NCBI GenBank assembly: GCA_002840285.1
Contig: PHAE01000015.1
Location: 25,808-57,807 of the forward strand
Length of the DNA: 32,000 nucleotides
From: Firmicutes bacterium HGW-Firmicutes-11
Lineage (GTDB): Bacteria; Bacillota; Clostridia; Peptostreptococcales; Anaerovoracaceae
Direction: 5' to 3'
Numbering within the stretch: position 1 is the stretch's first letter; every line of letters starts with the position of its first letter. The position numbers and the translations under genes are program-made. Below the pieces are notes generated by a model. That model was not told where the DNA came from. It saw only the letters and a list, made by a program, of their open reading frames with translations, and did no database searches. Positions 17,449 to 30,180 of this stretch are shown here, in pieces.

Positions 17449-18350
17449 ATACGGGCTGCTTCTGCTTCATTGATGGCCAGCATGGCCGCGCCAATGATGC
17501 CCGCATCGTTTCCAAGGGTCGCCGGAACGATCTTATAAGGATGGTGGAAGAAGGATTTACGAAGGACTTGCTCCCGAAGCGGAGCGAAAAGGAATTCACC
17601 GGCCAGACTGACACCGCCGCCCAGCGCGACGACCTCCGGATCCAATAGATTGGTGCAGGAAACGATGGCTGAACTGAGCTGATCCACATAACGATCAAAA
17701 ATGTTTTTTGCAGCGACGTCGCCTTCTTTGGCGGCGTCGATCACCATTTTTGCATCGGTCGCCTGACTGGATTGTCTGATCAACCAAGGCGCATTGCACA
17801 GGGTCTCCACACAGCCAAGATTGCCACAGGTGCACAAAGGGCCGCCGAATTGAAGGCACATGTGACCCAATTCCACCCCATGTCCCAAGCCGCCGTTGAA
17901 CATTTTCCCTCCCAGGATCAGCCCGCCGCCGACTCCCGTGCCCAGTGTCAAAAGAACCGCAGTACGGCATCCGCGAAACGCTCCGGCATGGAGCTCTGCA
18001 AGAGCTGCCGCATTTGCGTCATTCGCAATACGCACTTCCATCTCCGGCATATGAAGAGTAAGCGCTTCTTTCAACGGAACATCATGGAATCCGAGGTTGT
18101 GGGCGTCAATGACCCTTTCCCCTTGTCTGTCGATGGTACCGGGAACAGAAACCCCGACCGAACGGATCTCGGCGAGAGTCTGTTCCACATCCCCGGCGAG
18201 CGCTTTTGCCATCCCGACCATTGTTGATACGATCTCTTGATATGGTTTTCCCTGCGGAAAGGGGATCACCCTTTTCGCAATAATTTTTTTGTTTTTGTTG
18301 ACGATTCCGGCTGCGATCTTCGAACCGCCTACGTCAAATCCGATTTGCAT
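17445..18350 (-). CDS. ROK family sugar kinase (glucokinase-like)
   Basis: MQIGFDVGGSKIAAGIV, LGTGVGGG, and the Zn motif GHMCLQFGGPLCTCGNLGCVE. Start trimmed to the ATG at 18350, giving a TGATG overlap with the transketolase stop. Confidence 0.8.
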   Translation of the reverse strand: MQIGFDVGGSKIAAGIVNKNKKIIAKRVIPFPQGKPYQEIVSTMVGMAKALAGDVEQTLAEIRSVGVSVPGTIDRQGERVIDAHNLGFHDVPLKEALTLHMPEMEVRIANDANAAALAELHAGAFRGCRTAVLLTLGTGVGGGLILGGKMFNGGLGHGVELGHMCLQFGGPLCTCGNLGCVETLCNAPWLIRQSSQATDAKMVIDAAKEGDVAAKNIFDRYVDQLSSAIVSCTNLLDPEVVALGGGVSLAGEFLFAPLREQVLRKSFFHHPYKIVPATLGNDAGIIGAAMLAINEAEAARI

Positions 18351-19294
18351 CACGCTTCTCCGATCAGCTCCTTGACCGCCTCTTCGATATCCGATGCCAC
18401 CAGGTGGTATTCTTTTAGTAGTTCCGCCGGCTTTCCCGACTTTCCAAAGATATCTTGTATGCCGACGAACCGCATTGGAACCGGACAATGCTTCGCGAGA
18501 ACCTCAGAAACCGCTCCGCCCAATCCTCCGAGAACATTATGCTCCTCAGCGGTCACGATCCTCTTGGTCTCTCTGGCAGCTTTGCAGATCGCATCGACAT
18601 CGATCGGTTTGATCGTATGCATATCGAGCACCCGCACGTTAATTCCCTGTTCTTTGAGATTTTCTGCCGCGATCATTGCCTCGTTGACCAGTACACCGGT
18701 AGCGATCACGGTCACATCGGTTCCTTCTCTCACCGTGATAGACTTGCCGATCTCTACTGTATCTTCTTCACTGTAAAGCGTCGGTACCGCGGCTCTCCCG
18801 AGACGAACGTAGACAGGACCCTTCAAAGCAGCCGCGGCAGCGATCAATTTTTTGGCGGACACCGCATCGGCTGGGTTGATGACTGTCATTCCCGGGATGC
18901 TTCGCATCAATGCCAGATCTTCGATGCACTGGTGACTTCCTCCGTCCTCTCCCACCGTGACTCCGGCATGGGTGGCGCAGATCTTCACATTGGCGGAGGT
19001 GTAGCCGATACTGTTCCGCACGATTTCATACGCTCTGCCCGCCGCGAACATGGCAAAGCTGCTGGCGAATACTGTTTTTCCGGAAAGTGCGACGCCTGCG
19101 GCGATACCGCAAAGATTCTGTTCCGCAACGCCTACGTTGAAAAAGCGTTCAGGAAACTCTTTTGCAAAAAATTTGGTCATCGTGGACCCTGACAGATCGG
19201 CATCCAAAACGACGATGTTTTCATCTTTCGACCCGAGCTCAACCAAAATCTCACCATAGGCCTGTCTTGTTGCTATCTTATCTACCATTCCCAT
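18350..19294 (-). CDS. transketolase, C-terminal (pyrimidine-binding) subunit
   Basis: TRQAYGEILVELG..VLDADLSGST..FNVGVAEQNL..SHQCIEDLALMRSIPGM. This is the split-transketolase layout. The start may instead be the ATG at 19288. Confidence 0.9.
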   Translation of the reverse strand: MGMVDKIATRQAYGEILVELGSKDENIVVLDADLSGSTMTKFFAKEFPERFFNVGVAEQNLCGIAAGVALSGKTVFASSFAMFAAGRAYEIVRNSIGYTSANVKICATHAGVTVGEDGGSHQCIEDLALMRSIPGMTVINPADAVSAKKLIAAAAALKGPVYVRLGRAAVPTLYSEEDTVEIGKSITVREGTDVTVIATGVLVNEAMIAAENLKEQGINVRVLDMHTIKPIDVDAICKAARETKRIVTAEEHNVLGGLGGAVSEVLAKHCPVPMRFVGIQDIFGKSGKPAELLKEYHLVASDIEEAVKELIGEA

Positions 19295-20115
19295 TCGCCT
19301 CCCAATTCCTTAAGCGCCAGCCTGGCTTCTTCCTCGTTGGGCGCTTTTCCATGCCAGTTGTGGTTGTCTTCCATAAAGGAGACGCCTTTGCCTTTGATGG
19401 TCTTGGCTATGATGGCTACCGGCCTTCCTTTCACCGTTTTGGCTTGCGCGAGGGCATCGGCGATGGCCTCGATGTCATGACCGTCGATCTCGATCGTTTC
19501 CCAGCAAAAGCTTCTGATCTTTTCCGCTACGGGAGTGATGCACATGACATCGTCATTCTTTCCGTCGATCTGTAGTCCGTTCCAATCGACGATCACTGTC
19601 AGATTGTCGAGGCCGAAGTGGGCTGCTGCCATGAACGCTTCCCACACAAGGCCTTCTTGCATTTCTCCGTCACCCAGCATGGTGTAGACTCTTCCCGGAC
19701 TTTGGTCCAGTTTGCCGGCGATCGCCATGCCCACCGACGCGGAAAATCCTTGTCCCAGTGAACCGGTGGACATCTCCACTCCCGGCAGAAGCTTCATGTC
19801 CGGGTGTCCTTGGAGACGACTCCCAAACTTTCGAAGCGTTTTGAGCTCTTCTCTGGGCAAGAACCCCTTGTGGGCCATCGTTACGTAAAGTACAGGCGCA
19901 CCGTGGCCTTTTGACATGACAAACTTGTCCCGGTTCTTCATGTGAACGTCTGCCGGATCGACATTCATCTCATCGAAGAACAGGACTGACAGGATGTCCG
20001 TTGCTGACAAAGACCCTCCCGGGTGGCCGGAGCCGGCAAGAAAGAGGGTTCGGATGATATCGATTCGGATGTCATTTGCTATTCCTTGCAATTCAAGTTT
20101 CTTTGTGTTGTTCAT
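19282..20115 (-). CDS. transketolase, N-terminal (thiamine-diphosphate-binding) subunit
   Basis: GSGHPGGSLS..KGHGAPVLY..GSLGQGFSASVGMA..LGDGEMQEGLVWEA are TPP-binding motifs. Confidence 0.9.
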   Translation of the reverse strand: MNNTKKLELQGIANDIRIDIIRTLFLAGSGHPGGSLSATDILSVLFFDEMNVDPADVHMKNRDKFVMSKGHGAPVLYVTMAHKGFLPREELKTLRKFGSRLQGHPDMKLLPGVEMSTGSLGQGFSASVGMAIAGKLDQSPGRVYTMLGDGEMQEGLVWEAFMAAAHFGLDNLTVIVDWNGLQIDGKNDDVMCITPVAEKIRSFCWETIEIDGHDIEAIADALAQAKTVKGRPVAIIAKTIKGKGVSFMEDNHNWHGKAPNEEEARLALKELGGEWEW

Positions 20116-20131
20116 GCTGCTTTCCTTTCCC

Positions 20132-21882
<1,751 letters not shown>

Positions 21883-21904
21883 TAAGTGACACCTTTCGAC
21901 TGTC

Positions 21905-22309
21905 CTACCTTGCGTACTTGACCATTTTGATCCTTGTGCCGATTCCCAACTCTGTGAAAATATCAACTTCGTCCATCAACGCCCGGATGATGAAAATGCC
22001 AAGACCGCCCTCTTTCAGAGAGTCCGGTGCCGGCTCCTCATACTCATTCACGTCAAAACCACCGGATTGATCAATCACCGAAACAATGAACCGATCCTCT
22101 CCCAGTTCACAAAAAACCTCATAGCTACAAAGTTCTCCGCCGGTTCCATGGCACACCGCATTGGAACAGGCTTCCGAGACTGCAACCTTGATGTCTTCGA
22201 TGGCTTCTACGTCGAAACCTGCAGAATTGGCAAGGCATGAGATCGCCATTCGCACGGTTCCCACGTATTCGGCCTTTCCCGGGACCGAGAATTTTAACAA
22301 ATCCGCCAT
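21905..22309 (-). CDS. rsbW: anti-sigma factor serine kinase (RsbW-like, GHKL ATPase)
   Basis: VPGKAEYVGTVRMAIS..IEDIKVAVSEACSNAVCHG..EGGLGIFIIRALMDEV..MVKY parallels RsbW. AAGGAGAG RBS. Confidence 0.75.
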   Translation of the reverse strand: MADLLKFSVPGKAEYVGTVRMAISCLANSAGFDVEAIEDIKVAVSEACSNAVCHGTGGELCSYEVFCELGEDRFIVSVIDQSGGFDVNEYEEPAPDSLKEGGLGIFIIRALMDEVDIFTELGIGTRIKMVKYAR

Positions 22310-22321
22310 TGTTCTCTCCTT

Positions 22322-22648
22322 TTAAGATTCACAGAGTTCGGGACACAGGAGCCGGTCGAGACCGGTGATCCGAAGAAGCTTGGTGATGTTTTCCCTCGGT
22401 TCGTGCAAGGTGAGGGTAAATCCATTGTCTTTCATTCGGCCATAGGCGCCGATGATGACCCCCAGTCCGGTGCTGTCCATGTAGGAAAGCCCATCGAACC
22501 GGAGCAGAATATCCCCTTGTTTTTCCAGGAATGCTTCGTCAAGTGCCGATCGCAAAAGTGGTGCATTGGATATGTCCACTTCGCCCTCGGGCCTGATCTC
22601 CCAACGTTCTTCCTGTTCATTGAAGCTTCTTTGGATCTCTAGTGTCAT
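22322..22648 (-). CDS. rsbV: STAS-domain anti-sigma-factor antagonist (RsbV-like)
   Basis: 108-aa STAS protein with the phosphorylatable DSTGLG motif (MDSTGLGVIIG). Start trimmed to the ATG at 22648 (GGGAGGA RBS). The ORF-track start would overlap gyrA. Confidence 0.75.
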   Translation of the reverse strand: MTLEIQRSFNEQEERWEIRPEGEVDISNAPLLRSALDEAFLEKQGDILLRFDGLSYMDSTGLGVIIGAYGRMKDNGFTLTLHEPRENITKLLRITGLDRLLCPELCES

Positions 22649-22669
22649 ACTGATGTCCTCCCGAAAACT

Positions 22670-22694
22670 ATACCCTCTGGGCTGTTTCTCAAAC
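22670..22694 (-). promoter_or_regulatory. sigma-B-type promoter upstream of rsbV
   Basis: On the minus strand: GTTTGA (22694-22689), a 13-nt spacer, then GGGTAT (22675-22670). The B. subtilis sigma-B consensus is GTTTAA-N12-15-GGGTAT. The -10 element ends 21 nt upstream of the rsbV ATG. Confidence 0.6.
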
Positions 22695-22709
22695 AGACGG
22701 CCAATGAGC

Positions 22710-25235
22710 TTATTCTTTCCCGATCTCCAGTTCGATCTGATCATCTGCCAGATCCTCTGTTTGGTCCTCTAAGCTCAACTCTGATTCTTCCAGTTCTTCG
22801 AAGCTGTCTTCCGCTCGTATCACCTTGGCCATGGAAATGATGTTGGAGTCCTCAGCGACCCGCATGATCTTGACACCTTGCGTCGCCCGACCAAGTTTTG
22901 ACACCTCGTCCGCCCGGATCCGTATGATGATGCCGTCGGAATTGATCAGCAATATTTCATCGTTTTCATTGACGACCATTGCGCCGATCAGTTCTCCGGT
23001 CTTTTCAAATTTACCCTTGTCATAGGTCAGCAATCCCTTGCCGCCCCGTGCCTGGACCTTGTACTCTTTTACGGATGTGCGCTTGCCGTATCCGGATTTG
23101 GTGGCGACCATGAGCTGCTCGTTGGCTTCTGCCAACTCCATCGCCACGACTTCATCGTTCTTTTCCAGTGTGATCGCGCGGACTCCGCCGGCAAGTCGTC
23201 CCATTGGCCTGACATCCTCTTCTTTGAAGCAAATGCACTTGCCTTTCTTTGTGACGATGATCACGTTTTTGAAACCGGTGGTCATCTGGGTTCCGATCAG
23301 TTCGTCTCCTTCTTTCAGGTTGATGGCGATCAGGCCTGTTTTCCGATTGGTGTCAAACTGGGACAAGTCGGTTTTCTTGATGATCCCCTTCTTCGTGACA
23401 CAGATCAAGAACTTGTCCGGCGAGAATTCCTGGATCGGAATCATTGCCGTGATGCGTTCCCGTTGCATCAAATTGAGGAAATTCACAGCCGGGGTCCCTT
23501 TGGCTGTTCTTTGGGCTTCCGGAATCTCGTATGCTTTGATGCGGTGGGCTTTTCCTGTATTGGTGAAAAACATCAGGTAGTCGTGGGTCGACGTGATGCA
23601 GAGATTTTTGACGAAATCGTTATCTCTCGTCGTCAAGCCGGTGATCCCTTTACCGCCCCTGCGTTGGGTCTTGTAGGTGTCGGAAGACAATCTCTTTATG
23701 TAACCCAGATGAGTCAGGGTGACTGCCACCTTCTGCTCCTGGATCATGTCTTCTTCATCGATTTCTTCCGCGTCTGGCATGATCTTGGTGCGGCGCTTGT
23801 CAGAGAACTTTGTCTTGATCTCTGTCAACTCTTCTTTGATGATGCTCATTAAAATCGCTTCGTCGGCAAGTACTTTTTTGTACCAGTCGATCAGTCGCAT
23901 CAGCTCTGTATACTCCGCTTCGATTTTTTCTCTCTCAAGGCCCTGCAGTCTTGCAAGACGCATGTCGAGGATCGCCTGCGCCTGGATGTCCGACAATCCA
24001 AAGTTGTCCATCAACCTCTGTTTGGCGTCGTTGTAGCTCTCCCGTATGGTTTTGATCACCGCGTCGATGTTGTCCAATGCGATGCGCAACCCTTCCAGAA
24101 TATGAGCTCTCGCTTCCGCTTTTCTGAGATCGTACTGGGTTCTCCGTGTGACCACATCCTTTTGATGCTCGAGATAATGGAACAGCATCTGCTGGAGGTT
24201 CAACAATTTCGGTTGCCCATCCACCAATGCGATCAGAATCATGCTGTAGGTTTCCTGCAACTGGGTGTGTTTGAACAGGCGGTTCAGCGTGATCTGCGGG
24301 TTAGCGTCTCTTTTGAGCTCAATGACGATTCGCATGCCCTTGCGGTTGGATTCGTCTCGGATATCGGAGATCCCGTCCAGTTTCTTTTCCTTTACGAGAT
24401 CCGCAATTTTTTCGATGACCCTGGCTTTATTGACTTGATAAGGGATCTCGCTGATGATGATCTGCTGTCTCCCTTTGCTCGTCTCTTCAATGACCGTTTT
24501 CGAGCGCACCAAAACCCGGCCTTGCCCGGTTCGGTAGGCCTGTTTCGCTGCATTTTTCCCCATGATGATCGCGCCGGTGGGGAAATCCGGACCTTTCACG
24601 ATTTTGATCAGATCGTTGATGTCAACTTCTGGCTCGTCGATCATTAAAATCGCGGCTTCTATGATCTCACCCAAATTGTGGGGTGGGATCGAGGTTGCCA
24701 TGCCGACGGCGATGCCGTTGCTTCCGTTGACCAAAAGGTTGGGGAAGCGGGAAGGGAGAACCTCCGGTTCTTTTTCTTCTCCATCGAAATTGGGAGTGAA
24801 ATTGACGGTTTCCTTGTCGATATCCCTCAGCATTTCCATGGCAAACGGTGTCATTCTCGCTTCGGTATACCGCATTGCGGCGGCGCTGTCGCCATCCACC
24901 GATCCGAAATTTCCGTGTCCGTCCACAAGCATGTAGCGGATGGAAAACTCCTGGGCCATGCGGACCATTGCGTCGTAAACCGAACTATCTCCATGGGGAT
25001 GATATTTACCGAGTACTTCTCCGACGATACGGGCGGATTTTTTATGGGGCTTGTCCGGTGTCAATCCCAGCTCCGACATGCCAAACAGGATGCGCCGATG
25101 GACCGGCTTCAGACCATCCCGAACGTCAGGCAGCGCCCTTCCTACGATAACGCTCATGGCATAATCGATATAGGAGTTTTTCATTTCGTCGTGTATCTCT
25201 GTTTGGATCAGTTTTGTGTCTTCCAGAAAACTCAT
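22710..25235 (-). CDS. gyrA: DNA gyrase subunit A
   Basis: [20 protein letters not shown], the [10 protein letters not shown] active-site Tyr region, C-terminal beta-pinwheel repeats and an acidic tail. Confidence 0.97.
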   Translation of the reverse strand: MSFLEDTKLIQTEIHDEMKNSYIDYAMSVIVGRALPDVRDGLKPVHRRILFGMSELGLTPDKPHKKSARIVGEVLGKYHPHGDSSVYDAMVRMAQEFSIRYMLVDGHGNFGSVDGDSAAAMRYTEARMTPFAMEMLRDIDKETVNFTPNFDGEEKEPEVLPSRFPNLLVNGSNGIAVGMATSIPPHNLGEIIEAAILMIDEPEVDINDLIKIVKGPDFPTGAIIMGKNAAKQAYRTGQGRVLVRSKTVIEETSKGRQQIIISEIPYQVNKARVIEKIADLVKEKKLDGISDIRDESNRKGMRIVIELKRDANPQITLNRLFKHTQLQETYSMILIALVDGQPKLLNLQQMLFHYLEHQKDVVTRRTQYDLRKAEARAHILEGLRIALDNIDAVIKTIRESYNDAKQRLMDNFGLSDIQAQAILDMRLARLQGLEREKIEAEYTELMRLIDWYKKVLADEAILMSIIKEELTEIKTKFSDKRRTKIMPDAEEIDEEDMIQEQKVAVTLTHLGYIKRLSSDTYKTQRRGGKGITGLTTRDNDFVKNLCITSTHDYLMFFTNTGKAHRIKAYEIPEAQRTAKGTPAVNFLNLMQRERITAMIPIQEFSPDKFLICVTKKGIIKKTDLSQFDTNRKTGLIAINLKEGDELIGTQMTTGFKNVIIVTKKGKCICFKEEDVRPMGRLAGGVRAITLEKNDEVVAMELAEANEQLMVATKSGYGKRTSVKEYKVQARGGKGLLTYDKGKFEKTGELIGAMVVNENDEILLINSDGIIIRIRADEVSKLGRATQGVKIMRVAEDSNIISMAKVIRAEDSFEELEESELSLEDQTEDLADDQIELEIGKE

Positions 25236-25283
25236 AGTCTCCGTGTCTCCTTCTGTTGGCTGTATGTTCTGCTGTTTCCCGGT

Positions 25284-27266
<1,983 letters not shown>

Positions 27267-27268
27267 TT

Positions 27269-27297
27269 ATTATAGCGTAAATCTGGAGATTTTACAA
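27269..27297 (-). promoter_or_regulatory. candidate gyrB promoter
   Basis: On the minus strand: TTGTAA (27297-27292), a 17-nt spacer, then TATAAT (27274-27269). It lies about 60 nt upstream of the gyrB ATG. Confidence 0.55.
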
Positions 27298-27411
27298 TGT
27301 TTTTATAGAAATGGTCCCGGTTTTCCCTTTCGTTCGTTTTCGACCGTCAGGGGCGCGATTTTTGACGCCTGCGGGCACATTATTTTCCAATATATGTGTG
27401 TCGGGTCGACT

Positions 27412-27514
27412 TGTGGATCGGTTTCTTGTGTGGATGGTTTTATCCACAGCTTGTGAATAACCCTTGCAGAAATTTATTTGTCTTATTTGCTTCTTTGCAC
27501 TTGTCTGTGGATAA
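27412..27514. promoter_or_regulatory. oriC part 1: DnaA-box cluster upstream of dnaA
   Basis: Matches to TTATCCACA. There are perfect boxes at 27440-27448 (+) and 27506-27514 (-). TTATTCACA lies at 27452-27460 (-), head-to-head with the first perfect box. Two 7/9 boxes lie at 27412-27420 and 27429-27437 (-). Confidence 0.8.
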
Positions 27515-27529
27515 CTTTTTTTGTATGAT
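27501..27529 (+). promoter_or_regulatory. candidate dnaA promoter overlapped by a DnaA box
   Basis: TTGTCT (27501-27506), a 17-nt spacer, then TATGAT (27524-27529). The perfect DnaA box at 27506-27514 overlaps the last base of the -35 hexamer and fills the first 8 nt of the spacer, which is consistent with autorepression. Confidence 0.45.
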
Positions 27530-27574
27530 AAAGAAACGAGACTTCCCCCCCGAATCACCCAAAGGACGGCAGCG

Positions 27575-28918
27575 ATGAATGACATTACGAAATCTTGGGA
27601 AAAAACACTGGAATATTTGAAGCCGGAGTTGACTCCGATCAGTTTTGACACCTGGATCGATCCATTGACGCCGTTTCGGCTGGACGAAGAAAAGGGTCAG
27701 CTTTTTCTTGTGCTTGGTGATGGCGTCGGCAAGAACCTGTTGGAAGGTCGGTATCGCAGCGTCATCGAAACCGCGATCAAGCATGCTTTTGGCATACGTC
27801 TGACCCCGGTTTTTTTAGACAAGGACGAGGTCGAAACCGCACAGGCGGCAAAGGCGAACACTCTAAACCGCACATACACAGATGAGCTTTATCTGAATCC
27901 CAAATACGTGTTCAGCACCTTTGTCGTTGGAAGCAACAACTATTTTGCCCATGCTGCTTCCATGGCGGTGGCAGACAAGCCTTTAACCACAGCGTTCAAC
28001 CCTTTGTTTCTCTACGGGGGTGCCGGTCTGGGGAAAACGCATCTGATGCACGCCATCGGCCACAATCTTCTCCGAAAATCTCCGGAACTCAAGGTGCTTT
28101 ACGTTTCATCGGAAATGTTTACCAACGAACTGATCCGCGCGATCCGGGAAAATAAAACCGCAGAGTTTCGAAAGCGATACCGGAGCATTGACGTTTTGCT
28201 GATCGACGACATCCAGTTCATCGAAAAGAAAGAGAGCGTCCAGGAAGAAATTTTTCACACCTTCAACACCCTTTATGACGCGAACAAGCAGATCGTTCTC
28301 TCCAGCGACCGTCCTCCCAAGGCTATCGCAACGTTGGAAGAGCGGCTTCGCTCCCGTTTTGAGTGGGGGCTGATCGCTGATATCCAACCACCGGATTTCG
28401 AGACAAGGGTGGCAATTCTATGCAAAAAAGCCGAACTGGAAGACATTCCTGTCGATGATGCCTTTATGGAAGTCATAGAGACGATCGCGGACAAGATCAA
28501 ATTCAACATCCGTGAGTTGGAAGGAGCCTTCATTCGGGTGGTCGCCTATTCCTCCCTTACCGGACAGCCGATCAACAAAGAGTTGGCGAAGGAAGTTCTA
28601 AGCGATGTTTTCACACTGAACGATAAAGATGTGACGCCAGAGATGATCAAAAAGCACGTCTGCCGTCATTTCAATATAAAGATTTCGGATATGGAATCTG
28701 CCAAGCGCTCGCGGAATCTTGCATTTCCAAGGCAGGTAGCAATGTACATCTGCCGTACGATGACAGATCTTTCTTTGCCAAAGATAGGAGACTATTTTGG
28801 AAACAGGGACCACACCACTGTCTTGCACGCCTGCGAGAAAATAAACACCGAGCTGAGAACCAACGATGTCTTAAAGGAAGTGATCCTCAATATAGAGGAA
28901 GCGATCCGTGCGGATTGA
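27575..28918 (+). CDS. dnaA: chromosomal replication initiator protein DnaA
   Basis: W..L..L...L....F.TWI N-terminus, Walker A GGAGLGKTHL, LLIDDIQF, and the domain IV motif DHTTVLHA. Start trimmed from the TTG at 27521 to the ATG at 27575. Confidence 0.97.
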   Translation: MNDITKSWEKTLEYLKPELTPISFDTWIDPLTPFRLDEEKGQLFLVLGDGVGKNLLEGRYRSVIETAIKHAFGIRLTPVFLDKDEVETAQAAKANTLNRTYTDELYLNPKYVFSTFVVGSNNYFAHAASMAVADKPLTTAFNPLFLYGGAGLGKTHLMHAIGHNLLRKSPELKVLYVSSEMFTNELIRAIRENKTAEFRKRYRSIDVLLIDDIQFIEKKESVQEEIFHTFNTLYDANKQIVLSSDRPPKAIATLEERLRSRFEWGLIADIQPPDFETRVAILCKKAELEDIPVDDAFMEVIETIADKIKFNIRELEGAFIRVVAYSSLTGQPINKELAKEVLSDVFTLNDKDVTPEMIKKHVCRHFNIKISDMESAKRSRNLAFPRQVAMYICRTMTDLSLPKIGDYFGNRDHTTVLHACEKINTELRTNDVLKEVILNIEEAIRAD

Positions 28919-28941
28919 GAAAGATGTGCTTGTCGACAGAG

Positions 28942-29050
28942 TTATCCACAGGAAATATTCTCCCTTTTCGTTTGGTGTTTCTTTGTCCACAGAGCTTATC
29001 CACAAATCCACAGCCCCTACTACTACTACTGTTTTTTATAGTTATAAAAA
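28942..29050 (+). other. oriC part 2: DnaA boxes, GC cluster, DnaA-trio repeats and AT-rich unwinding region between dnaA and dnaN
   Basis: TTATCCACA at 28942-28950. TTGTCCACA at 28983-28991. TTATCCACA at 28996-29004, abutting AAATCCACA at 29004-29012. Then GCCC (29013-29016), CTA x4 (29017-29028), and GTTTTTTATAGTTATAAAAA (29031-29050). Confidence 0.8.
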
Positions 29051-29065
29051 GAAGGAGGCGCTTCT

Positions 29066-30178
29066 ATGAAATTTTCCTGTAACCAGCAACTTCTGTCCAA
29101 AGCACTCAACACTGTGTCGAAGGCCGTCACAACAAGGACCACGATCCCTATTCTGAAAGGAATACTTCTTGAAGTGAACCAGGATGGCATGTTGAAGTTG
29201 GCAGCATCTGATTTAGACCTTAGCATTGAAAAAAAGCTGCCGGTTGCTGTTTGGGATGAAGGAGCGATCGTTGTTTCCGCTAGACTTTTCAGCGACATCA
29301 TAAGAAAACTTCCAAATGAAGAAATAGAAATAGAAGAGGAAAACGGCAGTGTGACGATTCGTTGTCTCTCTTCGGAATTCACGATCGTTGGACAGGCAGC
29401 GGAAGAATTTCCCAACGTTGGTATCATCAAAGAAGAAGATAAAAGAAAGATGAACAGGGATATCTTTCGTGAAATGATAAAAAAGACCGCATTTTCCGCC
29501 AGTATCGAAGAATCCAAAGGAATCATAGTAGGAATATTGATCGAGATGGAGGAAGATGGAATCACGATGGTAGCACTCGATGGCTTCCGAATGGCGGTTG
29601 CGAGAGAAGATATCAAAAATGCAGAAAAAAGAAAAATCATAATAGCAGCAAGAATATTGAGCGAACTTTATAAGATTTTGACAGAAGAAGAATCTGCAGA
29701 AGAAATCGATTTGATTCTCGACGAAAAGAAGGCTGTTATTTTACTCGCAGATACCCGTGTGGTTTTAAGGATCATGGAAGGTGAGTTTATCAAATACAAA
29801 GAAATCCTTCCGAAAGAATCCCAATGTACAGTGATCGTCAATAAAGGGGAGTTGGCAGATAGTCTGGAAAGAGCTTCTCTTCTAGCAAAAGAAGGGAAAA
29901 ACAATCTTATAAAATGCGCAATTTTCCGTGATAAGATCATAATAACATCCCGATCAGAGGAAGGAAATGTAAAAGAAGAGGTGTTTGTCCAAAAAGAAGG
30001 AAATGATTTGGAAATCGGATTCAATGCCAAGTACATTTTAGATGTTTTGAAGGCGATCCATGAAGAAGAAGTAAAAATGGAGTTCAATACCAGCGTCAGT
30101 CCTTGCCTGATTCGGCCTCTGGAAGGAAACGCATACGAGTATCTCGTTCTTCCGGTCCGAATCTCCGCCGGCTTCTAA
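29066..30178 (+). CDS. dnaN: DNA polymerase III beta sliding clamp
   Basis: MKFSCNQQLLSKALNTVSKAV..RTTIPILKGILLE is a typical clamp N-terminus. The protein is 370 aa with an AAGGAGG RBS. Confidence 0.95.
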   Translation: MKFSCNQQLLSKALNTVSKAVTTRTTIPILKGILLEVNQDGMLKLAASDLDLSIEKKLPVAVWDEGAIVVSARLFSDIIRKLPNEEIEIEEENGSVTIRCLSSEFTIVGQAAEEFPNVGIIKEEDKRKMNRDIFREMIKKTAFSASIEESKGIIVGILIEMEEDGITMVALDGFRMAVAREDIKNAEKRKIIIAARILSELYKILTEEESAEEIDLILDEKKAVILLADTRVVLRIMEGEFIKYKEILPKESQCTVIVNKGELADSLERASLLAKEGKNNLIKCAIFRDKIIITSRSEEGNVKEEVFVQKEGNDLEIGFNAKYILDVLKAIHEEEVKMEFNTSVSPCLIRPLEGNAYEYLVLPVRISAGF

Positions 30179-30180
30179 CC

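Noticed and set aside
17445-18488. N-terminal extensions offered by the ORF track. Examples are 18488 for the ROK gene, 2896 for the LtaS-family gene, 21966 for sigB, 22744 for rsbV, 27239 for gyrB, 27521 for dnaA, 30103 for recF, 31280 for rpmH and 9165 for the M23 peptidase.
   Set aside because: The extensions overlap the upstream gene, often start at TTG or GTG, and add non-homologous Arg/Gly-rich residues. Internal ATGs with good Shine-Dalgarno spacing give canonical N-termini.
22682-22696. The hairpin CTGTTT-GAG-AAACAG after gyrA as an intrinsic terminator.
   Set aside because: No U-tract follows it. It overlaps the -35 element of the sigma-B-type promoter instead.
27545-27551. A C7 homopolymer in the dnaA 5' leader as a possible phase-variation tract.
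   Set aside because: It is short, non-coding and upstream of an essential gene. There is no evidence for slippage-based switching.
29017-29030. The (CTA)4 repeat as a plain trinucleotide microsatellite.
   Set aside because: Its position, 4 nt after tandem DnaA boxes and a GC cluster and just before an AT-rich tract, fits the DnaA-trio origin element much better.
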